From contig CP089277.1 of assembly GCA_023920165.1 (NCBI GenBank), forward strand, positions 496,001-560,000: a stretch of DNA of 64,000 nucleotides, in the 5' to 3' direction. Origin of the DNA: Curvularia clavata (taxonomy: Eukaryota). Under the pieces are notes generated by a model. It saw nothing but the letters and a program-made list of their open reading frames with translations, did not search any database and had not been told where the DNA came from. Positions 1-11,306 of this stretch are shown here, piece after piece. Made by a program: the position numbers and the translations under genes. Numbering within the stretch: the stretch's first letter is position 1; each line of letters opens with the position of its first letter.

Positions 1-350
1 TGATGTCTGAACAAATTATTGTACCAACACACTAAGGCAATGAAGGCCTTTTATTCCTTGTTTTCGAGCTGGCGTTACAGCATCCTAATTCAAGTTAGAA
101 TGCTCTAGCTCATTTCCAAGCCTTTTGTGTCACACAAGCCCTTCATCTCGTACTATGGTTGCAAGCCTAAGTTGTATGTGGGTCAGATATACGGTTTTTG
201 CTCTTGACCAGCCAAAACTTCTAGACCAAAGAAAATACAAAGTCGTAATTAGTCTTAGCCTGGTGTTTGATGTGGGCTAACCAGTTAATTTAGCTTAGCC
301 TCATGGTCCCACATTCCACTAGCAAAAATTTCACACGTAGACAAAAAAAA

Positions 351-469
351 ACATACGACAGCGGGGATTCGCCAGTAGTCACCTACCCGACTACTAATCC
401 GCCGGTAAACTGCTTAAGTACAATTGATCGAACGGGGAATTCTGCTTTCAGTTTCCTATGGTCGTATGT
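351..469 (-). rRNA. 5S rRNA gene (dispersed copy, sequence variant)
   Basis: Reverse complement reads ACATACGACCATAGG...GTACTTAAGC...TTAGTAGTCGGGTAGGTGACTACTGGCGAATCCCCGCTGTCGTATGT. It is 119 nt with a terminal ACATACGAC/GTCGTATGT stem and is followed by a T-run Pol III terminator (A-run at 343-350 on +). Confidence 0.95.
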
Positions 470-2014
470 GAAGGAATTGTAGATCACGGCTGTACATGAA
501 GAGGTTAAGATCACAAAATCTGTGCCTGACCCTAGAGGACTTCGCTATTGTTCCTGAAGAAACAGATAGTGTTACGAACTTCTATCGATGGCTGCTTTTT
601 GAAACAGAGAGCGCATTCATCCAAATGGTCGGTTTGCACGAGACCGCTGCTTTATGTCCAAGTGTATCTATATTTCAACACCAAGAAATTATGACGAACA
701 GGTAATATTGGAAAACGTCTTCTCTCCACCTCCCCTGGTGACTTTCTCCCATCTCCACTGCTCAGTCTTTCTGATCTGTGCCCGGTTCTTACTCATGAGA
801 CCGTGATTGTCATGCGTATGGCTTCTTATGTTGAATCAATCTGAGTTACTGCACCTTTCAGCAAAGTCCCAACGCTGATATCAAAATTCAGAAGCGTACC
901 TTCGAAGACTGTGATGTACTGGCTTGCGAAGAAGACTGACTCTGTGTCTGTCCCTGACCTTGTCCCTGACCTTGTGCGGCTGCGGAGGCGGGACCCAGCG
1001 GTGACGTAAAGACTACGGGTATCATGTTTGGATGTCAAGATGAATAGAGTGAATTATTTCGTTATCGAAAGCGTTATAGTAGTCGTGAAAAGCTGGCGAT
1101 ATCGTCTTTGCTCCACGCTACCCTCATATCTTATATACAATGTCAGGCCGTACAAGCCAATTTTTGTTCGCCCTTAGTGCAAAGATACGAGAGACACTAC
1201 AATTGCCCGATGACTTCCTCATGAAGTATTATGGACGCTAGTTGCACCTCAACTCCATCCTCCATAATACTTTCTGGGTGAGTAAACTAGCAGTACACTC
1301 AGCCTTGCAAAAATTTCCTAATTAGACGACTGGAAATAACCCTTGTGTTAGGCGTAAATCCCAAGGTAAGACGGGATATCAGTCTTCGAGGAGCCGGTAA
1401 CCAATGGGCTTATTTTCCTGCATCTTAGAGGATCCATTCTTCGCTACTTTGCTTGGCTTAGCCCCAGGGCGATAGGCGCACTGCCTTCAGCCGCATATCT
1501 TGGCCGTTCTGACTTCCGCATTCAGCACAACTTTTGCGAGTTTCCCGGTCCTCGGTTTAAGCCCCTGTCAGAAGACAACTATCGTGCACCTGAAGTAACG
1601 AGGCCCAAGGAAGTGGCGCGAGAGTAGCACTGCTTTGTCATGGTAAACTACACCGCGAGCAAGCCGAGAGGCATCAATACCAGATCACTTCTGGAACGTG
1701 TGTGACAAAAACGCACATGGAAGGGGTATTGCAACGACGTGCCGCCCCAAATGAATATATCCAGCGCAAACATAGCGAAGTAGTGACATCACCAAGGCAC
1801 CTGAAACCTTCAAGACACTGTCCTCTGTTACGCCTGACTTTCAAACCTGTCTTGCAAAAACATCACGCCGCCAGGTCACAGCCAGCTTGTTCCGCCCCAA
1901 GTTCTAAACTGAAATCCCACGCTAACGCCCCGCCACGCCAACGCTTCCCCCACGTTTTATACCAACAAAAAAATCACCCATCTCCCAACAATCACACCCA
2001 GACAAAAAAAGCTG

Positions 2015-2103
2015 CTCCCCCGGGAAGGCTCGAACTTCCAACCTCCTGATCACTACAATGAGCTGTAACAGTCAGACGCGCTAGCCAATTGCGCCACGGA
2101 GGA
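2015..2103 (-). tRNA. tRNA-Asn(GTT) with 15-nt intron (2051-2065)
   Basis: Minus strand reads TCCTCCG TGGCGCAATTGGCTAGCGCG TCTGA CTGTTA[intron]ATCAGG AGGTT GGAAG TTCGAGC CTTCC CGGGGGA G. A and B boxes are present, the intron sits after position 37, and a T7 terminator follows. Confidence 0.95.
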
Positions 2104-2228
2104 TGTTGAGCAGATGCTGCTCGTGGCTGGTTGTCATGTGATTGATGGATGTTCGACAATTTGGAAAGGATATGTTTCTCAAAAATAAACTGTTCTCATA
2201 GACGTGCACAGGACGGTTGTGGCAGAGC

Positions 2229-2252
2229 GGGGGGGGGGGGGGGGGGGGGGGG
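2229..2252. repeat. G24 homopolymer
   Basis: Uninterrupted run of 24 G. Confidence 0.95.
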
Positions 2253-2510
2253 CAGGAAGTGGGTCGACTCGCTTATACAGAACATGAGAACACACCATAA
2301 TATATTGGTGGAAGACACTAAGCTGCATTAGAACAGTACGTCCGTCGCTGTGGACACAAGCGAGACGCCTGGGGTATATGTAATGGATGGGCGTTGGCCT
2401 GCGTTGGCTGTGTACAGCCAAATTGTAAGCTTGCTCGTTGATGACAAAAATACGGTGAAATGCTTATACACGTGGTCACGTTCCGTCAGCATAATCGCGA
2501 ATCTCGTATC

Positions 2511-4414
2511 CTACGTGCTCTTTCGGCCCCGCTTCTTCTTCTCCTTTGACGGTGTACTATCATCAGGTGCTTTGATTTTGAACTCATCACTCTCGAGGTC
2601 GACAGAACCGCGGAAGATGCTGTAGGTAAAAAGGTCCTTCGTGTAGCAGGTTACGCCGTCCTTCATCAGCTTCTGGGCTTCCAGATCGTCATCGTAGTTG
2701 TTTGCAAGTACAATGTTGTCGCCGGTTGTATTCATCCTTGTGGACGTGACGTTGTTCGCGCCTGCAGCCTTGCATACTGCTGCAACTTCGGAAAACGACT
2801 CATATACAGCCTTGAGACTCTTGGTGAAGTGGATGTTGTATCCCTCGAAAGGCGTTTGCGGTTGGCCAAACACATTATCGAACGTGAACTTCCACTCTGC
2901 TTCTTGCTTGGAAGTGGAGGGCTTGTAACCAGACAATGGGAGTATACGCCCCTCCTTTGCCGAGTCCAAGAGCCACATGTCTGTGACAATAGGAATTCCA
3001 CGAGCAATGGCGTATAGTACTTTAGTCTTCTTCTGAAGCTCACCATCTCTAACACTATATTGTATTAGCAAATTGCACGTTGCAGAACATACTTAAGCTT
3101 ACCATAGTATGTTGAAGTCGTCAGTCAGTTTTTCCACATATACTCCGCCCTGCTTTTTGAGAAACTTGACAGCCTGACTTGATTTTGTAATGGTAGAGTT
3201 GCTGGAAGCCACCTTCGGTGTGGGTCCATCGTAGGCTTCCGTTGAGGCATGTGTTGATTGCTGGGTGCTCAGCGGAGATCGCGTCAAAGCATGCTCTTCT
3301 GCCTCATCGAGTGCTTCGGTGCGGCGCTTCTTTCCCTTTCTGCTAGACTTTTGTGATGCTGTGTCGACACTGCTCAACCGAGCGTCTCTTGCTTCTTCAT
3401 TTTTGCCTGTTTTTGCACGCTTGGGAGCCGATGCGAGCGCATCGTGCTCAGATTCTGAACCCTCCTTCACAGCAGAGGTGCTGCGTTTCCTGGCCGATCT
3501 CGGCGGAATTTGAACCTGTGGAGAGGTTTTGCTGGTCGTGCCAAGTGAAAGCCCGTCTTTGCTGGCAACTAATCTGGTAGCGGGTGCATCTGCTGGTGAA
3601 GGGCCATTCGCACTTTGAGGTGCCGGTCCCTTGCCCTGCGACTCGCCTGTGCGGGCAGTAGAAAAGGTCTCTGGTACTGGCTCCAATTCTGCTTCGGGCT
3701 CCCGTGAAGGAAGGGACGTGTCTTTTACCGGCCCTCTTGTATCATAAGCGAAGTCAGATGGGTTGATATCTGCTGGCGGGCAATTTGACGCGCTGTTCAC
3801 TCGAGCTGCTGTTGGAGTCTCCTGGATGACCAAAGACTGTTGATGTGAGAGCTGTGGAGTCGCTCGAGGCCCAGAATTTCTATTCTGGGTTACAACTGCA
3901 GCAGGGGACTTGTCCAAACTCTCATCCTCAGTTTCATCCTCTGGAGTTTGAACTACGCCACGATAGGGAGCTGCCGACGAGTTGACTTGAATCTCAGAGT
4001 CGGTCCATTGGCACATGAGATTCGATTTTGATGATGGAAAGTGTAGTACATCTCCATGACGAAGAAAGATTGCTTCTGAGTGGCTGTCATTGCGTGGCTG
4101 TAACTCAAACTTGGCGGATGACGGAGAAGCTGCGTGGGATTGACCGGGTGTTATGATCAACTTGTCGGTAATTGCTTCCAACTTCACTCCAAACGGCCCG
4201 ACAACTAGCAATGTAAGGGATTATGCAGGGAAAATAGAAGGGGGGAGAGCATACCCATTCGGCCAAGTTCCCGTTGCGTATCTGGGTTTAGCACGCGAAC
4301 CACCTCGACATTGCTAGAGTTTGCACTCCCGACAATATGTGCAGTCCCTTCATTTTGCAGGCTGAATTCGTTCGAGCCCGCAGCACCAACAAGGCTCGTT
4401 GAGAGAGTCCACAT
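2511..4414 (-). CDS. C-terminal tandem BRCT protein, MDC1/Mdb1-like; introns about 4205-4254 and 3055-3102
   Basis: Three ORF pieces join through GTATGC..TAG and GTAAGC..TAG introns. BRCT motif KTKVLYAIARGIPIVTDMWLLDS, a low-complexity S/T/P middle region and a basic C-terminal NLS (KKKRGRK). Confidence 0.75.
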
Positions 4415-5455
4415 TGTGGAGTTGTTCGACGCGTCGTGGCGAAATCGATGGTGAACGCGCGGTCACGTTGTGAGGTTCAGAACACTTAAGCTCGCGATGA
4501 CGTGCAGAAATAAGCGGGGCCTCGTTGGCGCTGATTGGATCGCACGAACCAGTACTACTCCGTATATCCCTATGTCTCCAAGCACTGCCTCTTCACCCTC
4601 TCACACTAAGGCACAAGTGCGTGTTGGTACCATGGTCCCAGGAGTACAAACTGGTTGTCCTTCACACAAGACATATTGGATACGATCGCTAGTTATTTAC
4701 ATGTAATTTGTCACACGATGCGCCAGGTGTCAGAACATGAGTGGGGGCTGAGTCGAAGAACAATAGTAACGGATCTTGCGCTACATTGTCACTGTCACTC
4801 TCCGCTCCCCGTCTGCATAACCGATGGCTTTTAACCAACTCTTATGTAGCCCTGCGACCCGAATTAAGACAGGAGAAGAGCAACAGCAAAGAAGATTGGC
4901 TTTGCGTCACAAAACTGGGACTTGTCGTAGCGAGAAATTCGACGTGCACAGTAGACGAGCTAGAGAACAATAGCAGGGGCATCTATGCCCACCAAAAAGT
5001 ACTTCCGTTTGGGTTCTGGACCATGAGTGTGGTGAGTCGAGGTAGCACATCAGTTCCGTACTATGACTACAGTTGCTATTGTCTACGAACCAAACGCGCC
5101 TCTCCCGGTCACCTCGTCAACTACAATACTTAGCAACAGGATGTTGGGAAATTTTTCTGCCTCCTACTAGCTATTATATCTACTACTCCGCCTGACATGT
5201 ACCTATCGTTGCTGCAGGACCTCACAACTCCTCTCCAGCCATTGCTTACTTCTATCTTTCATTCCAACCACATCAGATCTCAAGTTGCACGCTGTAACCC
5301 AAGTCTTAAACCCTCATCTTTTATCATAAGTGTGACTGCCGTATCTTGATTTTCGAATCCAATACCCATCTCGAGATCTTGCCACACAAGGTCAACCTCC
5401 GGCACCCTTCCATCACCACATTCTTGGACGATAACACTAAAGGCTACAAACTACC

Positions 5456-6683
5456 ATGGACGTCCCGCCGGAGCACGTTCAAGTTCCACTCAACTTTGAT
5501 CCTTGGCGCCAGGATCTGAACGTGACTGTCCCCGATGGCCAAGGTGGATGGGTCATAGTGACGCGGAATATGATGGACCTCGACCAATACCGTTATTACG
5601 GATTTCGTCTCGCAATCAGTTACGGAACCGGTTTCGGAGCATCTTTGATGCTATTCCTGATCCTCTTACTCATGACTAAGCCTGATCGAAGAAAGTCTTT
5701 CGTTTTTGTCCTCAATACCACCTGCGTCCTCCTCAACGCGATCCGTTGTCTCCTATTTTGCGCCTGGGTCACTGGCAATTTTTATAATCCCTATTCTGTC
5801 CTCGCTCAGGACTGGAGCCACATCACCAAAAGAGACTTCGGAACTCAAATCACCACTAATGTCTTGGGTATCTTAGTCAATGCCCTAATCTTCGCCTCAC
5901 TCGGTCTCCAGGTGTGGATCGCCTGCGTCACTACATCTGCTCTGCAGCGCAACGTAATCATGGCTGTCACCACCATCATGGCCAGCGTCTCGTTTGGATA
6001 CAGAGTTGCCGCGGTGTACTACAATATCAGATTGACACTGTCATATCAGAATGGAGACTCCATCGAGGAACTAGTATCGCTCTCATACATACTACAGGCT
6101 GTTGCAATCTGGCTTTACAGCTGCGTATTCACCTTCAAGCTCGGCTGCGCTATCATTCAAAGGCGCCGTTTAAATATGCCTCAGTTTGGGCCAATGCAGG
6201 TCGTATTTATCATGGGTTGTCAAACCATGTTGATTCCAGGTACTTTTCATACGTTGATATTGAATTTCGGACCAAGCTAATATACTCGTAGCAATTGTCT
6301 CTACTTTGCAGTTTCGGTTTGCCACCGTTCTTCCTGAGATTATCGGTCATGTCCTCACAGTCGTTTGCATCTTCCTGCCACTGTCAGCAATCTGGGCGGG
6401 AGTAGTGAGCGACCAACAAGTTGCCTCCAGGAATTCCAATGCTCGCCAGCGATTTATCAGGAACGATCTCTATGTTGCAGAATCTGCTTCAGCTGCTGGA
6501 GGGAGCTCCACCGCATTTGATAGGAGCCGCCAGATGAGTGTGTGGTCGGACACGAAAAGCAAGGACATGGACGGCATTCCTCTAAATTCGTCCGAACCCA
6601 ATCACAAGAGCAGAAATAGCATCGGGATCCGTATCGACCGTAATTTTGATGTCTCGCGTGGCGACGCTGCTGATCAGGTCTGA
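5456..6683 (+). CDS. STE2: Alpha-factor-type pheromone receptor (STE2/Pre2 GPCR); intron 6240-6291
   Basis: Multiple hydrophobic helices with STE2 family motifs FDPWRQ, RRRLNMPQFGPMQVVFIMGCQTMLIP and LPLSAIWA. The intron restores the frame into ORF 6306-6683. Confidence 0.92.
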
Positions 6684-7314
6684 CTAGTAGGTTTAAAGCG
6701 ATTTTCCGACCCTGAGTCCGCCTGTGTTGGACAGGGAGCTATGGGGCTAATCAATTTGACCGAAACCGTCATCATTCCATGGAAGATTTTGGGAATCATT
6801 GCAAAAGTGCAAGTTGGGAGAAGGCTGGTGCTTGGAAAGGAGAAGTTATGTGCAACCTTGGCCTGTCAAGTCGAGACTATTATTAATTACTCGATACACA
6901 TATGACGATCAGAGATATTCAAAACTCTAGTCCTTCGTTATGTATCTTATATTCGTATTGTCGATATCAGACGTCATATCTTATCTTTCATACTTCATCA
7001 CAGATGCTAGTCGGGTCATTGGTATGCCTTTTAGGTGATAGAAAAAACTCTCATTCAACCAAGAGAAGAGTGTGTACACATTCGCAAATCAGCCAAATAA
7101 ATTTTCGAGAGACATTCAAGCTTCTTACCGGAAACTAGATTCTACAAAATACTTAGGGTACTATATGGCGACCGACTCCGGACTAAGGCATTGGCTACGT
7201 TCTGGCTGGAGGGCGCGTGCCTACGGAGACTTGTCGAATTGGTTGATCTGCGATGGACCCCACCACTGATCACCCCGATGACTTCCGACACCAACACATC
7301 GCGCAGCCCCTGTC

Positions 7315-9054
7315 ATGCGGCTCATCGACACAAGGACGCTCGAACTGCGATGGTTCAATGACAATGAGATTCCTGCCTATGCTATTCTATCCCACACCTG
7401 GGGCCCAGATGAGGTCATTTACCAGGAGTTTGTCTGGATCCACAGAGCTCGAGCACTCTCAGCATCGTCCGTACGCGCGTCGTCGCAGGACAACCAAGAT
7501 GCGCGAACGGCTCTCATGTTAGCATTGGAAATGATGATCCGAGGGAATTCTGATGCATCCCTAGGAAGCTTCTCCGAAAACGATCTTATGAAGCGTATGG
7601 GCTATAGTAAAATTATCAACGCAGCTGAGCAAGCGAGGGGTCAGGGTTGCGACTACCTCTGGGTCGACACCTGCTGTATAGACAAGACCTCAAGCGCCGA
7701 GCTACAAGAGGCTATCAATTCCATGTACCGCTGGTATAGGGATGCAGAGGTCTGCATCGTGTATCTCAGCGATATCGCTGTCGATCATGGGGACTTTAGG
7801 ACCGCCTCGGAAATCGCAGGATATGCCTTTACACACAGCCGATGGACACAGCGTGGTTGGACGCTTCAGGAACTCATAGCACCCGCTGTCTGTCGCTTCT
7901 ACTTCCAGGACTGGACGTTGATGGGCGAGAAAGTAGAGTTTTTGAACGAATTATCAGAAGCGACGGGCATACCAGTTCACGTCTTGGAAGAAACTAGATC
8001 ACTTAATGAAGTTTCGGTCGCGGAAAGAATGTCTTGGGCTGCGCACCGCCAGAGTACTCGTATAGAAGATGTGGCATACTGCTTACTCGGTATCTTTGAT
8101 ATCCATATGCCACTTCTATATGGCGAAGGCGAAAAGGCCTTCATCAGGTTACAAGAAGAAATACTCAAAACTACCGACGATTACTCACTATTTGCATGGC
8201 GTGCGGACGGATCACATCAATCAACATACCGAGGTCTGCTTGCACGAAGTCCTACCGAGTTCCAGCACTGCCGTTCAATCGAGCGTGAGAGCGTCATGTC
8301 TACCTTCCCTATAGCATCCACGCCTATAGGTCTCTGCGCCCAACTTGAGTTCCTCCATGACCCCAAAGATCCTACTCGTGCACTAGCGATGATCCGATCA
8401 AGTAACTCTCTAAATCAGCGCCTGGCTGTCACGTTGAAGTGTTTAGACGGTGGTACGCAATATGCCCGTGTTGACGCTGGGACAGTCACAGAGATCGACG
8501 ACTGGCCAACCGGCCAGTTGAAGACCATTTACGTTCGACAGAAACTCTCCATACCACCCAATTTTACTACAACGGAATTCAAATGCTTCCACATGCAACG
8601 CCGGATATCAAATCACGTAACACCCGCCGTCCGGATCATGGGCGTCGCACCACGCAACGCCTGGGAAGAGGCCTCGCACGAGCTACGCATCCCCGAAAAT
8701 GTCACCGAATCCTGGGGCGCGCTGCTCCTGCGCGTGCAATCAACAAGATACGCGCACTCGCTCAACTTCGCCGTCGCATTTGGCTTCAACCGCTCAACAT
8801 GTCACTACTGGTGTAAAGCCCTTCCCAATGTTGCTCAATCACAGAGCGGCCACACAAATGGGACATGGCCGCAAGCCGTAAAGAGGCAAATACCAAACGA
8901 AGTGTACGATCCGCTCCGCGGCAATGACGCGAGAAACGACATGATTCTAGTCCAGGACAACGACCTAGCTATCAACGTGAACATTAGCGCGGGCCTATGC
9001 GGAGACAGCATTGCACTAAAAGTCTACATAGACGGGCTAGTGCAATGGCAGTGA
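7315..9054 (+). CDS. HET-domain (heterokaryon incompatibility) protein, 579 aa
   Basis: MRLIDTRTL, YAILSHTWG, LWVDTCCIDKTSSAELQEAINSMYRWY, RGWTLQELIAP and MPLLYGEGEKAFIRLQEEI motifs. Confidence 0.93.
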   Translation: MRLIDTRTLELRWFNDNEIPAYAILSHTWGPDEVIYQEFVWIHRARALSASSVRASSQDNQDARTALMLALEMMIRGNSDASLGSFSENDLMKRMGYSKIINAAEQARGQGCDYLWVDTCCIDKTSSAELQEAINSMYRWYRDAEVCIVYLSDIAVDHGDFRTASEIAGYAFTHSRWTQRGWTLQELIAPAVCRFYFQDWTLMGEKVEFLNELSEATGIPVHVLEETRSLNEVSVAERMSWAAHRQSTRIEDVAYCLLGIFDIHMPLLYGEGEKAFIRLQEEILKTTDDYSLFAWRADGSHQSTYRGLLARSPTEFQHCRSIERESVMSTFPIASTPIGLCAQLEFLHDPKDPTRALAMIRSSNSLNQRLAVTLKCLDGGTQYARVDAGTVTEIDDWPTGQLKTIYVRQKLSIPPNFTTTEFKCFHMQRRISNHVTPAVRIMGVAPRNAWEEASHELRIPENVTESWGALLLRVQSTRYAHSLNFAVAFGFNRSTCHYWCKALPNVAQSQSGHTNGTWPQAVKRQIPNEVYDPLRGNDARNDMILVQDNDLAINVNISAGLCGDSIALKVYIDGLVQWQ

Positions 9055-9090
9055 AGACTTTCTTAGATTTATAAATCCATAGCCTTGCCT

Positions 9091-9120
9091 CCTTCGGACC
9101 TTCGGACCTTCGGACCTTCG
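9091..9120. repeat. Tandem 8-mer (CCTTCGGA) x ~3.75
   Basis: Seen directly between the convergent stop codons of the HET gene and the small ORF. Confidence 0.85.
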
Positions 9121-9135
9121 TGCCTTCTCCTTCTC

Positions 9136-9465
9136 TTAAAGCCACCCTTCAGCCTTGAACGTCGTAATCATCTTCTCATACACCCCCTCCATAGTCTCCA
9201 CATATGATTCTTTTTTCTTCATACTCGCGCCTCGCAGGCCGATCCAAGTTTGCTCTATGCTAATTTGGAACTGCTCGAGCTGCTCCGTATACACGCTGTC
9301 CCTAGTCCATATGCGGGGGACTAGTGTGAGTTTTTCGCGGGCATCGGCACGGTCAGTGGCGACCCTTATGCTGAGGGCTGACATGCGGCGTTCTAGTGAC
9401 TGGAGTTGTGCGGATGTGGAAGGGAATGCTGGGTCTGACTTTGAGTTTGCGGTGGTAGTGGACAT
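9136..9465 (-). CDS. Small hypothetical protein (109 aa)
   Basis: ATG in good context (ACAATG), protein-like helical composition; no family recognised. Confidence 0.55.
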   Translation of the reverse strand: MSTTTANSKSDPAFPSTSAQLQSLERRMSALSIRVATDRADAREKLTLVPRIWTRDSVYTEQLEQFQISIEQTWIGLRGASMKKKESYVETMEGVYEKMITTFKAEGWL

Positions 9466-10289
9466 TGTAAATCGAGGTACTTGTAGATAGATGTGGGTAC
9501 CAGTTGCAGAAGGTAGGTTTGATTTGGCATGGTTGTCACTGTAGAAGTGCGAATATGAGGAGGATAATTGTGCGGTCGGCGGTGAGAGTGAGAGTGAATA
9601 TGAATGTGTGAGTGTGAGTGTGAATGTGAATGTGAAGTATTTGCCTCTTTGGCAAACAGATTACTCAGGATTGTAGGTATCAGATTCTGCATAAGCAGTA
9701 CCAGTATACCGGTATGCAGAAGCGTTATCCTCTCTCCGACTTAATGTAGATGTACGATAGGCTACATACATATGTGCCATAGTCATCGACTGTAGAGACG
9801 TCGTTCCTGAGACGATGTTGTGCTCATTGCGATTAGCTACTTACATAAATGTACACACACTTAAATCACCATAGCTACATCGGGTATGAACAAAACCACA
9901 CTTTACTCTGGACAGTAAGCCATTGCGTCACCCCATCCCAAATAAACAAATGAATCCGGCGCATGGATGCCACATGTCTCTCGCTTGTTACCGTTACCGT
10001 GAGTATGACGCAACTATCGTCAGCCCCCCCTGCAGTTGCCTTGATGCAGGGCAGGCTGTGGTTGCGCAAGAGAGAGGGCTGAATGGATGGTGGGGTATGA
10101 CGTCATATTTCACATGTGCTCTCTCCCCCCATCTGTCCAACATCACAGCAACAAAGGATATAAATAGTCCGTGAGCTGCGAACAAGATATACAGATTCAC
10201 AGACATACCTGTTCTCTCAACAACCTTTGGAACTTTGTCGCGCACATCAACTCTTGCACCTCTTACTCCAAGACACAATTCAATCAATC

Positions 10290-10888
10290 ATGTCCAACCA
10301 CGAAACATCTACCGGCCAGTCTTACCTGGACAAGGCCACAGGCGCCATTCAGAGCGGCATCGGATCTTTGACTGGTAACACAGCCGATAAGGTTCGTCTC
10401 CTTCTCTCCTTTTTCAACCCTTAGAACCACAACCCTAACGCTCCTCTCAGGTCCAAGGCGAAAACCGCAAAGACATCGCAGATGCAAAGCACGAGGCTTC
10501 CCACACGGCGGCCAAAGCCGGCCCCTTTTCCGTAACAGCTGAAGGCGGTGTCGCAAAAGATGACCCCGACCGAACAAGCGGCGCATGGAACCAGAACATG
10601 GGCGCTGCCAAAGAAGCTATTGGCGGGTTCCTAGGCGCAGAGGGCCTCAAGCAAGAAGGCATTCGTCAGAACAAAGAGGGAAAGGGCCAGGAAGCCGCGG
10701 GCCAGGTGAATGACCTCGGAAAGGGAATTGGAGATAGGATTGGAGGTAACATCGGTGCGGCGGTCGCAGGGATCACAGGGAATGAGGCGCAGAAGGAGGA
10801 GGCGAGACGCCAGCATGACGAGGGCAAGGCAAGGCAGAGGGGCGTCGAGGCGGATCTGCAGAAGCAGGCTGAGGCGGAGAGGGCATAA
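10290..10888 (+). CDS. CsbD-like/hydrophilin stress protein; intron 10392-10450
   Basis: MSNHETSTGQSYLDKATGAIQSGIGSLTG|VQGE...SGAWNQNMGAAKEAIGG with repeated G/K/E/Q motifs. TATAAATA upstream at about 10159. Confidence 0.8.
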
Positions 10889-11306
10889 ATATGCAGGGCG
10901 TGAGTCGTGGGTGATGAGGTTTGGCTTTATGGATTATACCCAAGAGAATGATATACCCTAATTGTTTGCTTATTCTGTGGCCTTGGTGTAAGATTTACTC
11001 AGCACTTTTCGTGTACGTATGTGAAGTTCAGACTTCGATACCCATGCGCAAGTGTGTGTTTAGCTTGAACTTGTATAGGTACCCTGGACTAGCTATTTTC
11101 TAAACTAGTCTTTCCTTAGCTGCCTGTCGGGAAATGTAATAACCTTAATCTAACTTCGACTTGAACAAACTTTTAGTAGCTCTATACTTATTAATATCGT
11201 GTTTTGTTCATTGTGAAATGCCACGACGCTCTTACAGATGTAGCCACTTGGCATGCCTAAAAGAATTACCACATATGGTCATGATCACATCGCTCAAAGT
11301 CAATAC

